Source of the DNA: a virus | Reading direction: 5' to 3' (one strand) | Virus record (IMG/VR): IMGVR_UViG_3300035183_000733 | Coordinates: 26,496 to 90,495 of that record | Length of the DNA stretch: 64,000 nt | Part shown: one piece after another, positions 26,370 through 35,904 of the stretch | How the letters are laid out: every line of letters starts with the position of its first letter | How positions within the stretch are numbered: the stretch's first letter is position 1 | Notes under the pieces: generated by a model | Told to the model about the DNA's origin: nothing | Databases searched by the model: none | What the model saw: only the letters and a program-made list of their open reading frames with translations | Made by a program: the position numbers and the translations under genes

Positions 26370-26714
26370 GTGTGCATATTCGGGGAACCGGATGCTGAGG
26401 TGTCCACATGGATTGCAGCGCACGGTTTCGAGGTAGAAAAAGTTGGTCCTTATACGAATGTGTACATCGACAAGGACATCGATGAGGTGTTCGAGCCGGC
26501 GGGGAAGTTCCAGTACATGGACGGGTTCAGCCCGAACATGAACAAGCACCTGCACGTTGGCCATCTGTCCAACCTGGTGCTCGCAAAGGCGTTCCTCGGC
26601 ATGGGTGTCACCAATGGCACGGTGGCCATACTTGGCGACACTCTCGAGGGCGATGTTTCCAAGGACGAGGCGCTCGATAAGTTCAAGTTGTACGAATGGT
26701 CGTCAACCGTGTAG
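26370..26714 (+). pseudogene. arginyl-tRNA synthetase remnant (part of N-terminal domain plus HIGH region only)
   Basis: YMDGFSPNMNKHLHVGHLSNLVLAKAF matches the ArgRS D-Y/F-S-A/S-P-N-x-A-K-E-M-HVGHLRS catalytic-core start; only 114 aa, no rest of the enzyme. Confidence 0.6.
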
Positions 26715-27157
26715 GTCACCCTCGTGCCGAATTGTATGCGCTTGGCGGCCCACTCTTTAAACAGTATCACCGAGTACACTATAGCTGCGGCAACTATGGC
26801 TCCGACAAACAGAGCTACCGTAACGGCTATCAGTCCGGGAAACCCGAGCGCCCAAGCGAACAACAGCTTGTCCCACCAACCAGCAAATGATGGTTCGGCA
26901 AAGAACACATCCCAGATGCAGACACCGGTGGCGCAAGCTATCGGCATGGCGAATATGGACAGCAGCAGTGGGAACGGCTTGCTCATTTCGTCTCTCCGGC
27001 TTTTCATGGTCAGGAAGTTTACGAGAACGCCGATCCACGATATTGGCAGTATTATCACGGCCGTTATACAGGCCATCACATACCAGAAGAGCGTTTCGGG
27101 TTTAACGCCGAACGTCGCCTGGACGAACAGCGGCCAAAATTTTGATTCTATTTTCAT
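26450..27157 (-). CDS. hypothetical membrane protein (about 4 TM); 3' end overlaps the ArgRS remnant so the true stop is uncertain
   Basis: N-terminal 150 aa strongly hydrophobic; the C-terminal Ser-rich tail is probably antisense shadow. Confidence 0.45.
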   Translation of the reverse strand: MKIESKFWPLFVQATFGVKPETLFWYVMACITAVIILPISWIGVLVNFLTMKSRRDEMSKPFPLLLSIFAMPIACATGVCIWDVFFAEPSFAGWWDKLLFAWALGFPGLIAVTVALFVGAIVAAAIVYSVILFKEWAAKRIQFGTRVTYTVDDHSYNLNLSSASSLETSPSRVSPSMATVPLVTPMPRNAFASTRLDRWPTCRCLFMFGLNPSMYWNFPAGSNTSSMSLSMYTFV

Positions 27158-27167
27158 TGTATTGTCA

Positions 27168-28595
27168 TTATGCGTACATCTCTTTCAAAGTTATGAATCG
27201 CCTGTGGTCGCCACAGGCGACGAGCAGGTCCTCCTTCTTGAACTCGGAAGGGTGGTGGTACCCGCAAGCGTTGGACATCTCGTGGATCTCTTTGCGCAGC
27301 TGCTTGATGTAGTTAGCTGCGCGGACGGATTTGAGCGTCGGGTCTATGCCGTTCTGCAGCCACTTGTTCTGTGTGGCCACGCCAGACGGACACCTGTTCG
27401 TGTGACAAACCTGTGCCTGGATACAACCGATGGACATCAGCGCTTCCCTACCGACGTTAACCATATCACAGCCGAGCGCAAATGCCTTTATGGCATTGGC
27501 TGGAAGCCCGAGCTTGCCAGACCCGATGAACACTACGTTGTCGAGCGCCGGGTAAACTCTGAATATTTTTATGATGCTGTGTATTGCCTCGTTGAACGGC
27601 AGAGACAGGTGGTCTGTGAATGATGGTGGTGCTGCACCAGTGCCGCCCTCGCCGCCGTCTATTGTGATGAAATCCGGGCCGAAACCGGACATGGCCATTT
27701 GCGTGGCGAGCTCCTCCCAGTCTTTTACGCTTCCAATCGCCGCCTTTATACCGACAGGCAGACCGGTTGCGTTTGCTATCTCTTCGATAAAGTTTATCAT
27801 GCTTGTCACGTCCTTGAACGCGCTGTGAGTGCTTGGCGACACGGCGGCCTTGCCCATTTCGATGCCCCTGGCGTCTGCGATCTCCTGTGTCATCTTCGCG
27901 GCCGGCAGAATTCCTCCCTTGCCGGGCTTCGCGCCCTGGGACAGCTTTATCTCGATTGCCTTTATGCAGGGATTATCTTGCACGAGTTTCTTCAGCTTCT
28001 CGAGCGAGAACTTACCCTTCTCGTCGCACACTCCGAAGTATCCAGTTCCGAACTGGAACACCACGTCAGCCCCTTGCTTGTGATACACTGACAATCCGCC
28101 CTCCCCAGTGTTGTGGTAACAACCAGCGAGCTTAGCTCCGCCGTTAAGTGACTCTACAGCCTTTGCCGATAACGCGCCGAAGCTCATGCCAGATATGTTC
28201 ACTATAGAGTTTGGTGTGTATGGTTTTGCACGCTTGCCTTTGCCGAGCTGTTTCTTGCATGGCAGGTGACCGATGTTGTCGGAGTGCACCGGCATCATCT
28301 TGTGCTTTATGATTATGTGACCGGGTTCGTTGAAGTCCATGTCTGTACCGAACCCTGTGAGGTTGTTCTCATCCTTCGCCGAGGCATATATCCAAGCTCT
28401 GTGTCGCCTCGAGAATGGAAGCTCCTCTCTATTGTTGGCGATGAAGTACTGCCGGATTTCTGGACCTATCTTCTCGAACAGATAACGGATGTGTCCTATC
28501 ACCGGGAAGTTGTGGGTTATTGCGTGTCTGTTTTGCATTATGTCGCGTATGGCAACTACGGCCAGGAAAGCGACGAACAATAATAAATATAACAT
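27168..28595 (-). CDS. glutamate-synthase (GltB) FMN-domain-like protein with N-terminal TM anchor
   Basis: ISGMSFGALS, KLSQGAKPGKGGILP, IDGGEGGTGAAP, FIGSGKLGLP motifs typical of GltS domain-2 family proteins. Confidence 0.8.
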   Translation of the reverse strand: MLYLLLFVAFLAVVAIRDIMQNRHAITHNFPVIGHIRYLFEKIGPEIRQYFIANNREELPFSRRHRAWIYASAKDENNLTGFGTDMDFNEPGHIIIKHKMMPVHSDNIGHLPCKKQLGKGKRAKPYTPNSIVNISGMSFGALSAKAVESLNGGAKLAGCYHNTGEGGLSVYHKQGADVVFQFGTGYFGVCDEKGKFSLEKLKKLVQDNPCIKAIEIKLSQGAKPGKGGILPAAKMTQEIADARGIEMGKAAVSPSTHSAFKDVTSMINFIEEIANATGLPVGIKAAIGSVKDWEELATQMAMSGFGPDFITIDGGEGGTGAAPPSFTDHLSLPFNEAIHSIIKIFRVYPALDNVVFIGSGKLGLPANAIKAFALGCDMVNVGREALMSIGCIQAQVCHTNRCPSGVATQNKWLQNGIDPTLKSVRAANYIKQLRKEIHEMSNACGYHHPSEFKKEDLLVACGDHRRFITLKEMYA

Positions 28596-28648
28596 AGGAC
28601 GAAACCTTATCTCATTTTAGAATACAAATATAATCAAAATACGTATCG

Positions 28649-29287
28649 ATGAAGTACTCGTTTGGAGTTCCCCCAAAGTGGGATGTGTCGGAAAATGAGC
28701 TCGAGTGCACGGTCAACTCGCGTGATCTCGACCTGCCGACACAGAATCTCCACGTGCCGTTCTGCAAGAAACAGTACCTCCGACAAGCGGTTGTGAGCGC
28801 CGGTCCGAAGGAGATGGGCAAGATAGCCGAGAAGATAGCCGAGAAGAAGTACGATCTCGACCCGGTCGAGTCCGACGAGTTCGACTACTACATGGACGGC
28901 ATCAGGCTGGAAGTTAAGAGCTCTCGGGCTTTCGTCAAGGACAAGAGAAAAGTTCTCGTAAACGCGAAGGACCTCCCGTTCGAGCGCACGTACAACTGCA
29001 ACATCCAGCAGATAAAGCGCGGCCTGTTCGACGAACTGATGTACATGATATTCGCGCACGACAAGATCCAGGTGTTCATAATAAAGTCTGACGACATAGA
29101 ATCCGCGGACATAGGATACTCGAACAAGCAGCACAGGAACAACGAGGGCGAGGGTCAGTTCCACATACACTCCGGGAATTACTCGATGCACATAGACATG
29201 CTGATAGGCGAACTCGACTACGCCGAGTGCTACGAGATGCTATCCACGGACAAGGAATCCATGGAATTGCTCGCGAGATTTAATTAG
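28649..29287 (+). CDS. hypothetical protein, possible PD-(D/E)xK nuclease fold; TAG stop
   Basis: D..E.K arrangement in DYYMDGIRLEVKSSR; weak. Confidence 0.4.
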   Translation: MKYSFGVPPKWDVSENELECTVNSRDLDLPTQNLHVPFCKKQYLRQAVVSAGPKEMGKIAEKIAEKKYDLDPVESDEFDYYMDGIRLEVKSSRAFVKDKRKVLVNAKDLPFERTYNCNIQQIKRGLFDELMYMIFAHDKIQVFIIKSDDIESADIGYSNKQHRNNEGEGQFHIHSGNYSMHIDMLIGELDYAECYEMLSTDKESMELLARFN

Positions 29288-29687
29288 ACCTCACCAGACC
29301 GCCGCTAACGATGTCCCTCACGAAGTAATCCTTGTACTTTGGACCGACCTCGAACGCGTCGCCGGCATCGCTCATGAACGCGTACGATCCCATGTTTGGC
29401 TTGGTCTCGTTTTCGAACCTCGCGTCCATCTCGTAAAGCACATAAAGCTCCATGTTCATCTCACTTGCTATCTCGCGCAAAGCGACCTCGTCCTTCGTGA
29501 TGTCAAGATCCCCATACCACACCTTCTCGAACTCCTTGAGTCCGCGCAGTGTCATAACGACGTTTGCGTTGAATATGACTGCGTTCTTTGGGTTCCTCTC
29601 CCTGTAACCTGATTTAGACATCGATATGATGCGCCCGGAGGCTCCGAGCTTCTCGATGAATAGGCTTCTGATTTTACCCTCGTCCAT
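29280..29687 (-). CDS. hypothetical protein (135 aa)
   Basis: start reset to internal Met 94 (MDEGKIRS) directly after the upstream NTase stop; the listed Arg-rich N-terminus is antisense shadow. Confidence 0.45.
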   Translation of the reverse strand: MDEGKIRSLFIEKLGASGRIISMSKSGYRERNPKNAVIFNANVVMTLRGLKEFEKVWYGDLDITKDEVALREIASEMNMELYVLYEMDARFENETKPNMGSYAFMSDAGDAFEVGPKYKDYFVRDIVSGGLVRSN

Positions 29688-29689
29688 TA

Positions 29690-31180
29690 TTATCTGTGTA
29701 TTGATAGACCAGCAATATAATTGTTTACGGCGAATACGGTATCGTTGTACAGCTCGGCAACCTTGTCGGAATCCGGCTCGTCCATCAGGTCGGCCTGCTC
29801 GAACGCGGTGCCGAGGTCCTTCAACTTCTGTGCTGCGTCGTCCATGAGCTTGTTCAGCTCCACCTTGCCGTACCGTATACTCTTCAGGTACTCGGCCTCC
29901 GGCCTCCTCACTATAATGCCGCGGCCGGCGGCGATGTCCTCGCTCATGTATATGAGGCGCATGCAATGCAGCATGTTCTTGCCGTCGATCTTCTGGTTGT
30001 GTCCCTCAACGTCGATCCACCTCGCCTCGTTACGCTCGCGCCTCCAGGTCATGTACCGGTTGTACAACTTGCAGTGGGACATGAAACCGTCCTTGTTGTA
30101 ACTCATGTAGCACATTGGTACTGCATCCTTAGGCGTCTTGCTTAGACGGATAGTATCCGAGTCGTCGAGCACGATGCCCTTGTACCCGAGCATCTTCAAT
30201 CCGTGTGATTTGACCCATTCAAGGGTCCGCTCCGGATCATCGGCGAAGTACGCACTGAACATGCCTCCGTTTAATTCCCCGAGATACCCACGGACTACAT
30301 CGTTGTCCTTTATATCTGTCGCAGGTCGAGCCCCCTCTATTATCTCTTTCAGGTACACGATGGTATGTGCGAGTCGGTCGTAATATACGCCATACATGTC
30401 GCGCATGTGCTCCACAGCGTTCAGCGCGCAGAACCTCTGTTCCATGCCTCTTTCGGAGAGCCACTGCTCTATGGGAACACTACCCTGACCAACGAACGTG
30501 TAGCAGAAGTCGAGTGGACCCTTGCGTTCCATCTTCTCCTTCTCCCAGTTGTTCAGCTTGTCCTGACCGTCGGCCTTGCGTATCTGACTCTCCCCGTAAC
30601 CGAGGAACGCCTTGTAACAAAGCTTCGACAGAAACACTTCCGGGCGTTTGAGCAATATGTCCATCTCTGGGTGTTTGTAAACGAGGCAGTCGTCCGGTAT
30701 GTCGAAAACCTCGAGCATGTTTGGGTTGTTCACCGCGAGCAGCGATATGAACTTGCGCATCGAGTAGTAAGTGGTCTCCTCGTTGGTTTCCATGTTCTTC
30801 TCCTTTATTTCCTCCCAGTCGGGGTTGAAATCGAACATGGAGTAGTACGAATCCGGGAATATGAACACGGCCTTGTAGTCGGTGTCGGACGTCGGCACGT
30901 TGGTGCCGTATGCCCTGCTGCCGGTTATGTACTTTAGCACGATGTACTGCTCGATGTCCTTTGACGTGAGGGCCTTCCGGAAGTTGTGCCTCGCGTGCCC
31001 GTACTCGAATCTGTACTTGTCGCCAAGGTAATCGACGTAGACGAACCCATCGAGTATGTCGGTAATGGGGAACGCGTAGTCCTTCTTCTCGAACACCCTC
31101 GTGCTGTCGTCGGTCACGCACAGTGCGGACATCTTATTCTCCACCTTGTAGAACTCTCCTATTTTGAGATTTATTAGCAT
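29690..31180 (-). CDS. nucleotidyltransferase (Pol-beta superfamily, GS...SDxD type), 496 aa
   Basis: YITGSRAYGTNVPTSDTDYKAVFIF is the minimal NTase signature (hGS-x9-13-SDhDh). Confidence 0.6.
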   Translation of the reverse strand: MLINLKIGEFYKVENKMSALCVTDDSTRVFEKKDYAFPITDILDGFVYVDYLGDKYRFEYGHARHNFRKALTSKDIEQYIVLKYITGSRAYGTNVPTSDTDYKAVFIFPDSYYSMFDFNPDWEEIKEKNMETNEETTYYSMRKFISLLAVNNPNMLEVFDIPDDCLVYKHPEMDILLKRPEVFLSKLCYKAFLGYGESQIRKADGQDKLNNWEKEKMERKGPLDFCYTFVGQGSVPIEQWLSERGMEQRFCALNAVEHMRDMYGVYYDRLAHTIVYLKEIIEGARPATDIKDNDVVRGYLGELNGGMFSAYFADDPERTLEWVKSHGLKMLGYKGIVLDDSDTIRLSKTPKDAVPMCYMSYNKDGFMSHCKLYNRYMTWRRERNEARWIDVEGHNQKIDGKNMLHCMRLIYMSEDIAAGRGIIVRRPEAEYLKSIRYGKVELNKLMDDAAQKLKDLGTAFEQADLMDEPDSDKVAELYNDTVFAVNNYIAGLSIHR

Positions 31181-31257
31181 ACGCGAATATATGAATAAAA
31201 AAAGAAACCCGCGGCCCTTTACGAACCACAGGTTTCCTCCGACTTAGTTGATGGTGA

Positions 31258-31446
31258 TTACTTTTTCTTTATGGTTATCTGGACCTTCTTGTTGGGGTCC
31301 GAAATGTCTTGCGCGATGAACACGATGTGCTCATCCTTGCTATCATTGGCGAATATCCTGCACTCCGACAGTTCCGCCTTGAAGTTTCCGAAGTCTATTA
31401 CTACTTCGGCAGTCGCGTCCTTATGGACTTTAAGTTGTTCTGACAT
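31258..31446 (-). CDS. hypothetical small protein
   Basis: ORF only. Confidence 0.35.
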   Translation of the reverse strand: MSEQLKVHKDATAEVVIDFGNFKAELSECRIFANDSKDEHIVFIAQDISDPNKKVQITIKKK

Positions 31447-31682
31447 TTGTTCTTTATTTTGTGTGCTGTCGTCTTTATGTGGCCGCCGACTGCCGCGACA
31501 GGATTAGTTCGGGAGAAGTAGAAATACAGACCAAAGAATAGCGCTGCCACAAAGTAGAATATTCCAGTAGTCACCCAATAGCTCCCAGTCAAGTCCAAAA
31601 TCATTTTGAACAAGACGTCGAAGCCCAGCGGGTTGAAGAACATCCCGAGCATTAAGCAAATTATGGCGATTCTGTTTCTCAC
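31401..31682 (-). CDS. hypothetical small membrane protein
   Basis: two hydrophobic helices. Confidence 0.35.
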   Translation of the reverse strand: MRNRIAIICLMLGMFFNPLGFDVLFKMILDLTGSYWVTTGIFYFVAALFFGLYFYFSRTNPVAAVGGHIKTTAHKIKNKCQNNLKSIRTRLPK

Positions 31683-31725
31683 CCTTTATACTGTCATCTT
31701 CCATTTTCATAAAACACCCAGGTGG

Positions 31726-31959
31726 TCACGCTACGTTTTTGAACACAATGTGATCCATCGGAATACCGCTCCTCACCAGCTCCACATAGTTAACGTCGTA
31801 GAACAACAGGATCTTGGCGAATCCGCTGTCCGGCAGGTAATCAACTATCTTGCCGATTTCCCCCCCCGATCCGTTTGCCGAGTACACCGGACCGCCGTTG
31901 ACTATGTTCCTATCCAGGCCAGTTCCGACCTGCAGATAGTATTGGTTTACCCTGAACAT
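31726..31959 (-). CDS. hypothetical protein
   Basis: ORF only. Confidence 0.35.
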   Translation of the reverse strand: MFRVNQYYLQVGTGLDRNIVNGGPVYSANGSGGEIGKIVDYLPDSGFAKILLFYDVNYVELVRSGIPMDHIVFKNVA

Positions 31960-31979
31960 TCTTATTATATATTCAGGAC

Positions 31980-32699
31980 TTACTGAGCAACAGCGTTAGA
32001 AACGAGATTGCTCAGCGTGTTCGAGAACTCGGTGCATAAATCCATGGTAGCAACAACGTCGCCCTCGCAGTATTTCTTTATGCCCTCGTGGTCTCCGGCA
32101 TAGTAGCTAAGGTGCACGCGGTTGGCCTGCATCTCAGCCTTAGGCGATGCGATGCCGAACACGGCCGACATTGTGTCGAGCGATGTGAAGCTCTCCTGCC
32201 ATGCGCCTCCGCTCCAGAACTTGGCGATGTCCATGAACTTTAGGTCCCAAGGCTTCTTGTCGTACACGGTGATTATGCCGGACGGCTTGATCTTGTTTAT
32301 GAGCATGCGCTTCCAAAGGAACGGAACGTCAAACCTCTCTATGGTGTGCCCACCGAGGGTGTGCCCGGTTGCGTAAGCGTTGTTTAATACGATGTTGGTC
32401 TTTTTGAGAATGTCGAGCTCGTCGCCCCCGTAGAACGAGTTGATCTTGTACTCGCCGGACGAATCCCACTGGCCGAACGTTACGCACACAACACGACCGA
32501 ACTCGGGATGCAACCCGGACTTCAACTTCCACATCTCGTCGACCCCGAGATCTTTGTTCTCGGGGTATCTTTCCCTCAGCCAATCTGTTCTTTTGTGCCA
32601 GAGCTCGGCGAGGCGGGGATGAGCGACCGTCAGGTCGTCGTAGGTAGAGACGATACCTGCTGTCTCAATATCTACAATTACGAGTTTCTTTAAATCCAT
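31980..32699 (-). CDS. DnaQ-like 3'-5' exonuclease (DEDDy)
   Basis: Exo I VIVDIETAG, Exo II HTIERFDVPFL, Exo III YCEGDVVATMDL. Confidence 0.75.
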   Translation of the reverse strand: MDLKKLVIVDIETAGIVSTYDDLTVAHPRLAELWHKRTDWLRERYPENKDLGVDEMWKLKSGLHPEFGRVVCVTFGQWDSSGEYKINSFYGGDELDILKKTNIVLNNAYATGHTLGGHTIERFDVPFLWKRMLINKIKPSGIITVYDKKPWDLKFMDIAKFWSGGAWQESFTSLDTMSAVFGIASPKAEMQANRVHLSYYAGDHEGIKKYCEGDVVATMDLCTEFSNTLSNLVSNAVAQ

Positions 32700-32716
32700 G
32701 CCCTTTATACGGCATG

Positions 32717-33004
32717 TCAGAAGAGAGGTCGCGCTTTTATTTCCTTGATGTCGCTGTGAATGTCGACGTAGAACTTGGACTTCTCCGTGTACACCTTAAC
32801 GTTCTTGAGTTTGGCACCCGGCGCAAGGCGCAGGAACTTCTTGGACTGGTTGTACCCGTCTATCACATAGAGCTGGTACTTATTGTGGTCGTCGCCGTTC
32901 ATGTTCTTGAATACGAGCCGACGGTACACGTTGCCGCGCACGCGCTCGGGCTTGCCGACCGTAACGAGCTCGGCACATATAATACCCATCTGCTGTTTCA
33001 TCAA
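32717..33004 (-). CDS. hypothetical protein
   Basis: ORF only. Confidence 0.4.
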   Translation of the reverse strand: MMKQQMGIICAELVTVGKPERVRGNVYRRLVFKNMNGDDHNKYQLYVIDGYNQSKKFLRLAPGAKLKNVKVYTEKSKFYVDIHSDIKEIKARPLF

Positions 33005-33083
33005 AACAAATATAAGATAAATAAAGTAATGGAAACGCGTATCGGCATATTCGTTTTCTTTTTGTAAATTTACCCATTAAGTT

Positions 33084-33311
33084 ATGTCAATGAAACAACT
33101 CATGAAGCGATTTACGCAAGGCAAAAAATCACCGGCTGTGTTGCCGACTAAGGCCATAGAGAAGGCCAAGGCCGTGATACGTAGCTGCGAGACATCACTG
33201 CAACTGAGCTCGGCACAGAACTACATCGAACTCGTAAACAAAAAAATAGGGTCTAAATGTAACGAACTGGAGGTACTGTACCAGGACCAGCTCCAAAATT
33301 TAAAAGGATGA
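33084..33311 (+). CDS. hypothetical protein
   Basis: ATGA overlap with the next ORF. Confidence 0.4.
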   Translation: MSMKQLMKRFTQGKKSPAVLPTKAIEKAKAVIRSCETSLQLSSAQNYIELVNKKIGSKCNELEVLYQDQLQNLKG

Positions 33312-33730
33312 AAATAATAAACGGGAAATCTTATATTGAGGTTATCGCCATGGAGTCGAAGCTCGGGAAGGTGAGCACGAACGAGGCGACCATGACGCAG
33401 TGGATGGCGCTCGGCCAGGTAAAAAAATGTGTGGACAAATCGGAGGCGAAGCTACTCGCTAAGCTCGACGAGAAGTGGAAGAAGCTGTCAGAATCTAAGG
33501 TAGTCATGTACTATTGCGAGGCGGATCGGACGTCCATCAGCGCGCTCGACATAGATTACTCGTATATGGTTGACAGTGCGCCGACGACTGCGTACGAACT
33601 CATCATGATGGCGCAGCGCAAGGTTGACCGCGAGATATTCGACACCAAGCTGGCTGCTCGGGCCCTCGCACAGAAAGGGTATTCTATATCGACCAACCCC
33701 ACACCAACAAAAAAGTACAGCCTACGATGA
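33308..33730 (+). CDS. hypothetical protein
   Basis: ORF. Confidence 0.45.
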   Translation: MKIINGKSYIEVIAMESKLGKVSTNEATMTQWMALGQVKKCVDKSEAKLLAKLDEKWKKLSESKVVMYYCEADRTSISALDIDYSYMVDSAPTTAYELIMMAQRKVDREIFDTKLAARALAQKGYSISTNPTPTKKYSLR

Positions 33731-33845
33731 ACATCATAATTTCGGACCTCTGGGTTCCGGTAAGGGCACACAGGCCAAGCGCATAGCCGCTCTGGGATTC
33801 AACCATATCTGCAGGGCGACGTGCTGGATGGAACAAACCCAATAG
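33727..33845 (+). pseudogene. adenylate kinase N-terminal remnant, frameshifted and truncated
   Basis: ATG 33727 gives MNIII.. then the other frame gives GPLGSGKGTQAKRIAALGFNHI (Adk P-loop start); one T missing in ATTT(T)CGG would fuse them; ORF ends after about 40 aa. Confidence 0.4.
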
Positions 33846-33873
33846 AAATAATATTCAAAAAAAATAAAACAGT

Positions 33874-34500
33874 ATGTCGATAACAAAAAGTAGAAGTTAC
33901 AGCAAAGAGCGCGAATCCCTAACGGAAGCTGCGATGAAGAGCATCGTGTTTAATAAAGAATACAGGTGCTTCAAAAAGGGAGAGCGATATGAGTTCAAGC
34001 CCGGACTGAACCTGCTCGTCGGAGACCAAGGGTGCGGCAAGAGCACGATAATATCCTGCATGCGCGATGACAAGAACGACCAGTGGACTATAGACGTAGA
34101 CCCGGTGGAGTTCAGGTTCCTCGACACCGAGAAGATGAACCCGCGCACGGTCGGAAACCTCAATTACGCGAGAGACGTTGGCTACACAATAGCTTCCAAC
34201 TTCATGTCGCACGGACAGATTCTTCTACCGATGGTCGGGGCGTGCAAGGACATGAAGGGATACATCCTGTTTCTCGACGAGCCAGAGGCGGCGTTGTCTA
34301 TCCGCAGTCAGATCAAGGTCGCGGACGCTATTGCCGAGTGCGCCAAGCACAACCAGGTGTTCGCGTGCACGCACAACCCATACATAATCCGCAAGGCCAA
34401 GGAAGTGCTCGACCTCGAGCGCAAGATGTGGACCGACGCGGAGGAATTCATAAAGCACCAAGAGAGTAGAAACCCAAGAAAGAAAAAAGTAAACAGGTAA
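33874..34500 (+). CDS. minimal ABC-type / AAA_21-like ATPase (208 aa)
   Basis: Walker A GDQGCGKST, signature-like MSHGQ, Walker B ILFLDEPEAALS. Confidence 0.6.
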   Translation: MSITKSRSYSKERESLTEAAMKSIVFNKEYRCFKKGERYEFKPGLNLLVGDQGCGKSTIISCMRDDKNDQWTIDVDPVEFRFLDTEKMNPRTVGNLNYARDVGYTIASNFMSHGQILLPMVGACKDMKGYILFLDEPEAALSIRSQIKVADAIAECAKHNQVFACTHNPYIIRKAKEVLDLERKMWTDAEEFIKHQESRNPRKKKVNR

Positions 34501-34641
34501 TCGTAATGCGGGCGTAATCGTCCGGATTGCCGTGCGCGCTGATACTCGACGCAGGACTCACAGAATTCGATAAGCCTACGTATACCTGCCATGTCGGTCG
34601 GTCCAGGATGGTCCGACGAAGTAGACGCCGTCACGGGCGGT

Positions 34642-35004
34642 TTATCTCTGCTTTAATGCCGGCGCGTTATCTATTATTCGCTGTATCCGCTCGAGCTGAA
34701 TGAGATTGTATTTGTTAAACCAGGTGTGCAGCAACTCCATCTTCATCTCGTCCTCGAGCGTTGGGATCGGAACAGAGTACTTCAAAACACCATCATCGTA
34801 ATCGGCATTCTCCTCGAGTTCTTCCGCTTCGTCCTTTATGGTCGTGATGTTGTCTTCAATCTCTTCAAGCTTGTCGAGCGCTTCGTCCATGAAGTCGTCT
34901 ATCTCGCCTTCCTCGTCCTCTCCGGTGAAGTTGTCTTTCAGATCGGTAACAAGTTCGCGCAGGTCTCTTACCGCGTCTTTGATGTCTTCGATTTCGTCTT
35001 CCAT
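34642..35004 (-). CDS. highly acidic hypothetical protein (120 aa)
   Basis: N-terminal 80 aa are mostly D/E; start codon abuts the downstream gene. Confidence 0.5.
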   Translation of the reverse strand: MEDEIEDIKDAVRDLRELVTDLKDNFTGEDEEGEIDDFMDEALDKLEEIEDNITTIKDEAEELEENADYDDGVLKYSVPIPTLEDEMKMELLHTWFNKYNLIQLERIQRIIDNAPALKQR

Positions 35005-35603
35005 TACTGCATATTTTGGAAATCGTCCAGGTGCATCTTAGGTATCATTATCTTAGAGACCGGACTCAGGTTGTAGAATCCAACGTTCTTGTTCGCGAGG
35101 GCCCTGTGCAGCTGCACGTACTCGTTGCTTATGGTCCCCGCCTTCTTAGACAGCGGGTGGTCACCAGTCTTCGCGAAGAAGTGGTTCGGCGTGAAATCAA
35201 CGCCGAGAAGCCCAATATTCTTTGCGCCCATCTTGTACGCGAGTATGACCGCTATGTATGGCGAATTGCTCGTGTAGTCGATAGCTGGTTTGTCGAGTTC
35301 ACACGCCCCGTACCTGCCGAGAGTTATCACGCACTTCCGGGCGTCGTCAACTTTCATGCCACGTAGGTGCGTGAATATGACCTGTGCTTGAGTGCTCTCT
35401 ATGAAAGACCACCTCTGCTGGCTGAAGCTCACCTTGTCGTTGACGACCACGAGGTAGTTCGGCGAAAATAATCGTTGAATATCATTAACACCAATAGTTA
35501 TATTTCTATGTGGTTCAACTAACAAAGTAGCGCTTTCACCACATCCACAAACTATTATGTTTGATCCTTTATGTTTGTTTAATATGCTACCTAACTCTAT
35601 CAT
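35004..35603 (-). CDS. hypothetical protein, possible Rossmann-like fold (GCGES)
   Basis: ORF; IIVCGCGESATLL motif. Confidence 0.5.
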   Translation of the reverse strand: MIELGSILNKHKGSNIIVCGCGESATLLVEPHRNITIGVNDIQRLFSPNYLVVVNDKVSFSQQRWSFIESTQAQVIFTHLRGMKVDDARKCVITLGRYGACELDKPAIDYTSNSPYIAVILAYKMGAKNIGLLGVDFTPNHFFAKTGDHPLSKKAGTISNEYVQLHRALANKNVGFYNLSPVSKIMIPKMHLDDFQNMQ

Positions 35604-35904
35604 TCAAATAGTTTATCATATTTTGAAGCATATTGCAGGAGTCACATAGTAATCCTCACCGCGCCTGTCATCCTCACACGTTGAACAAATCTTTTCATGG
35701 TTGCGGATCCAGAATTTCTACCTCCGTGAATGCAGCCAAATGGAGCACATGTTTTTTGTCCTTGTCCAGAACGAGTACATCCCGTCGATATGGTCGAAGA
35801 ATATAATCTCGCCGACCTTATCGGCGCGCATCCTACCGGTACGTGCACGTCTTCAAGCACTTTGATAGGTCTCCCTTGGTACGTCGTAAAGTTTCATGTG
35901 TATT

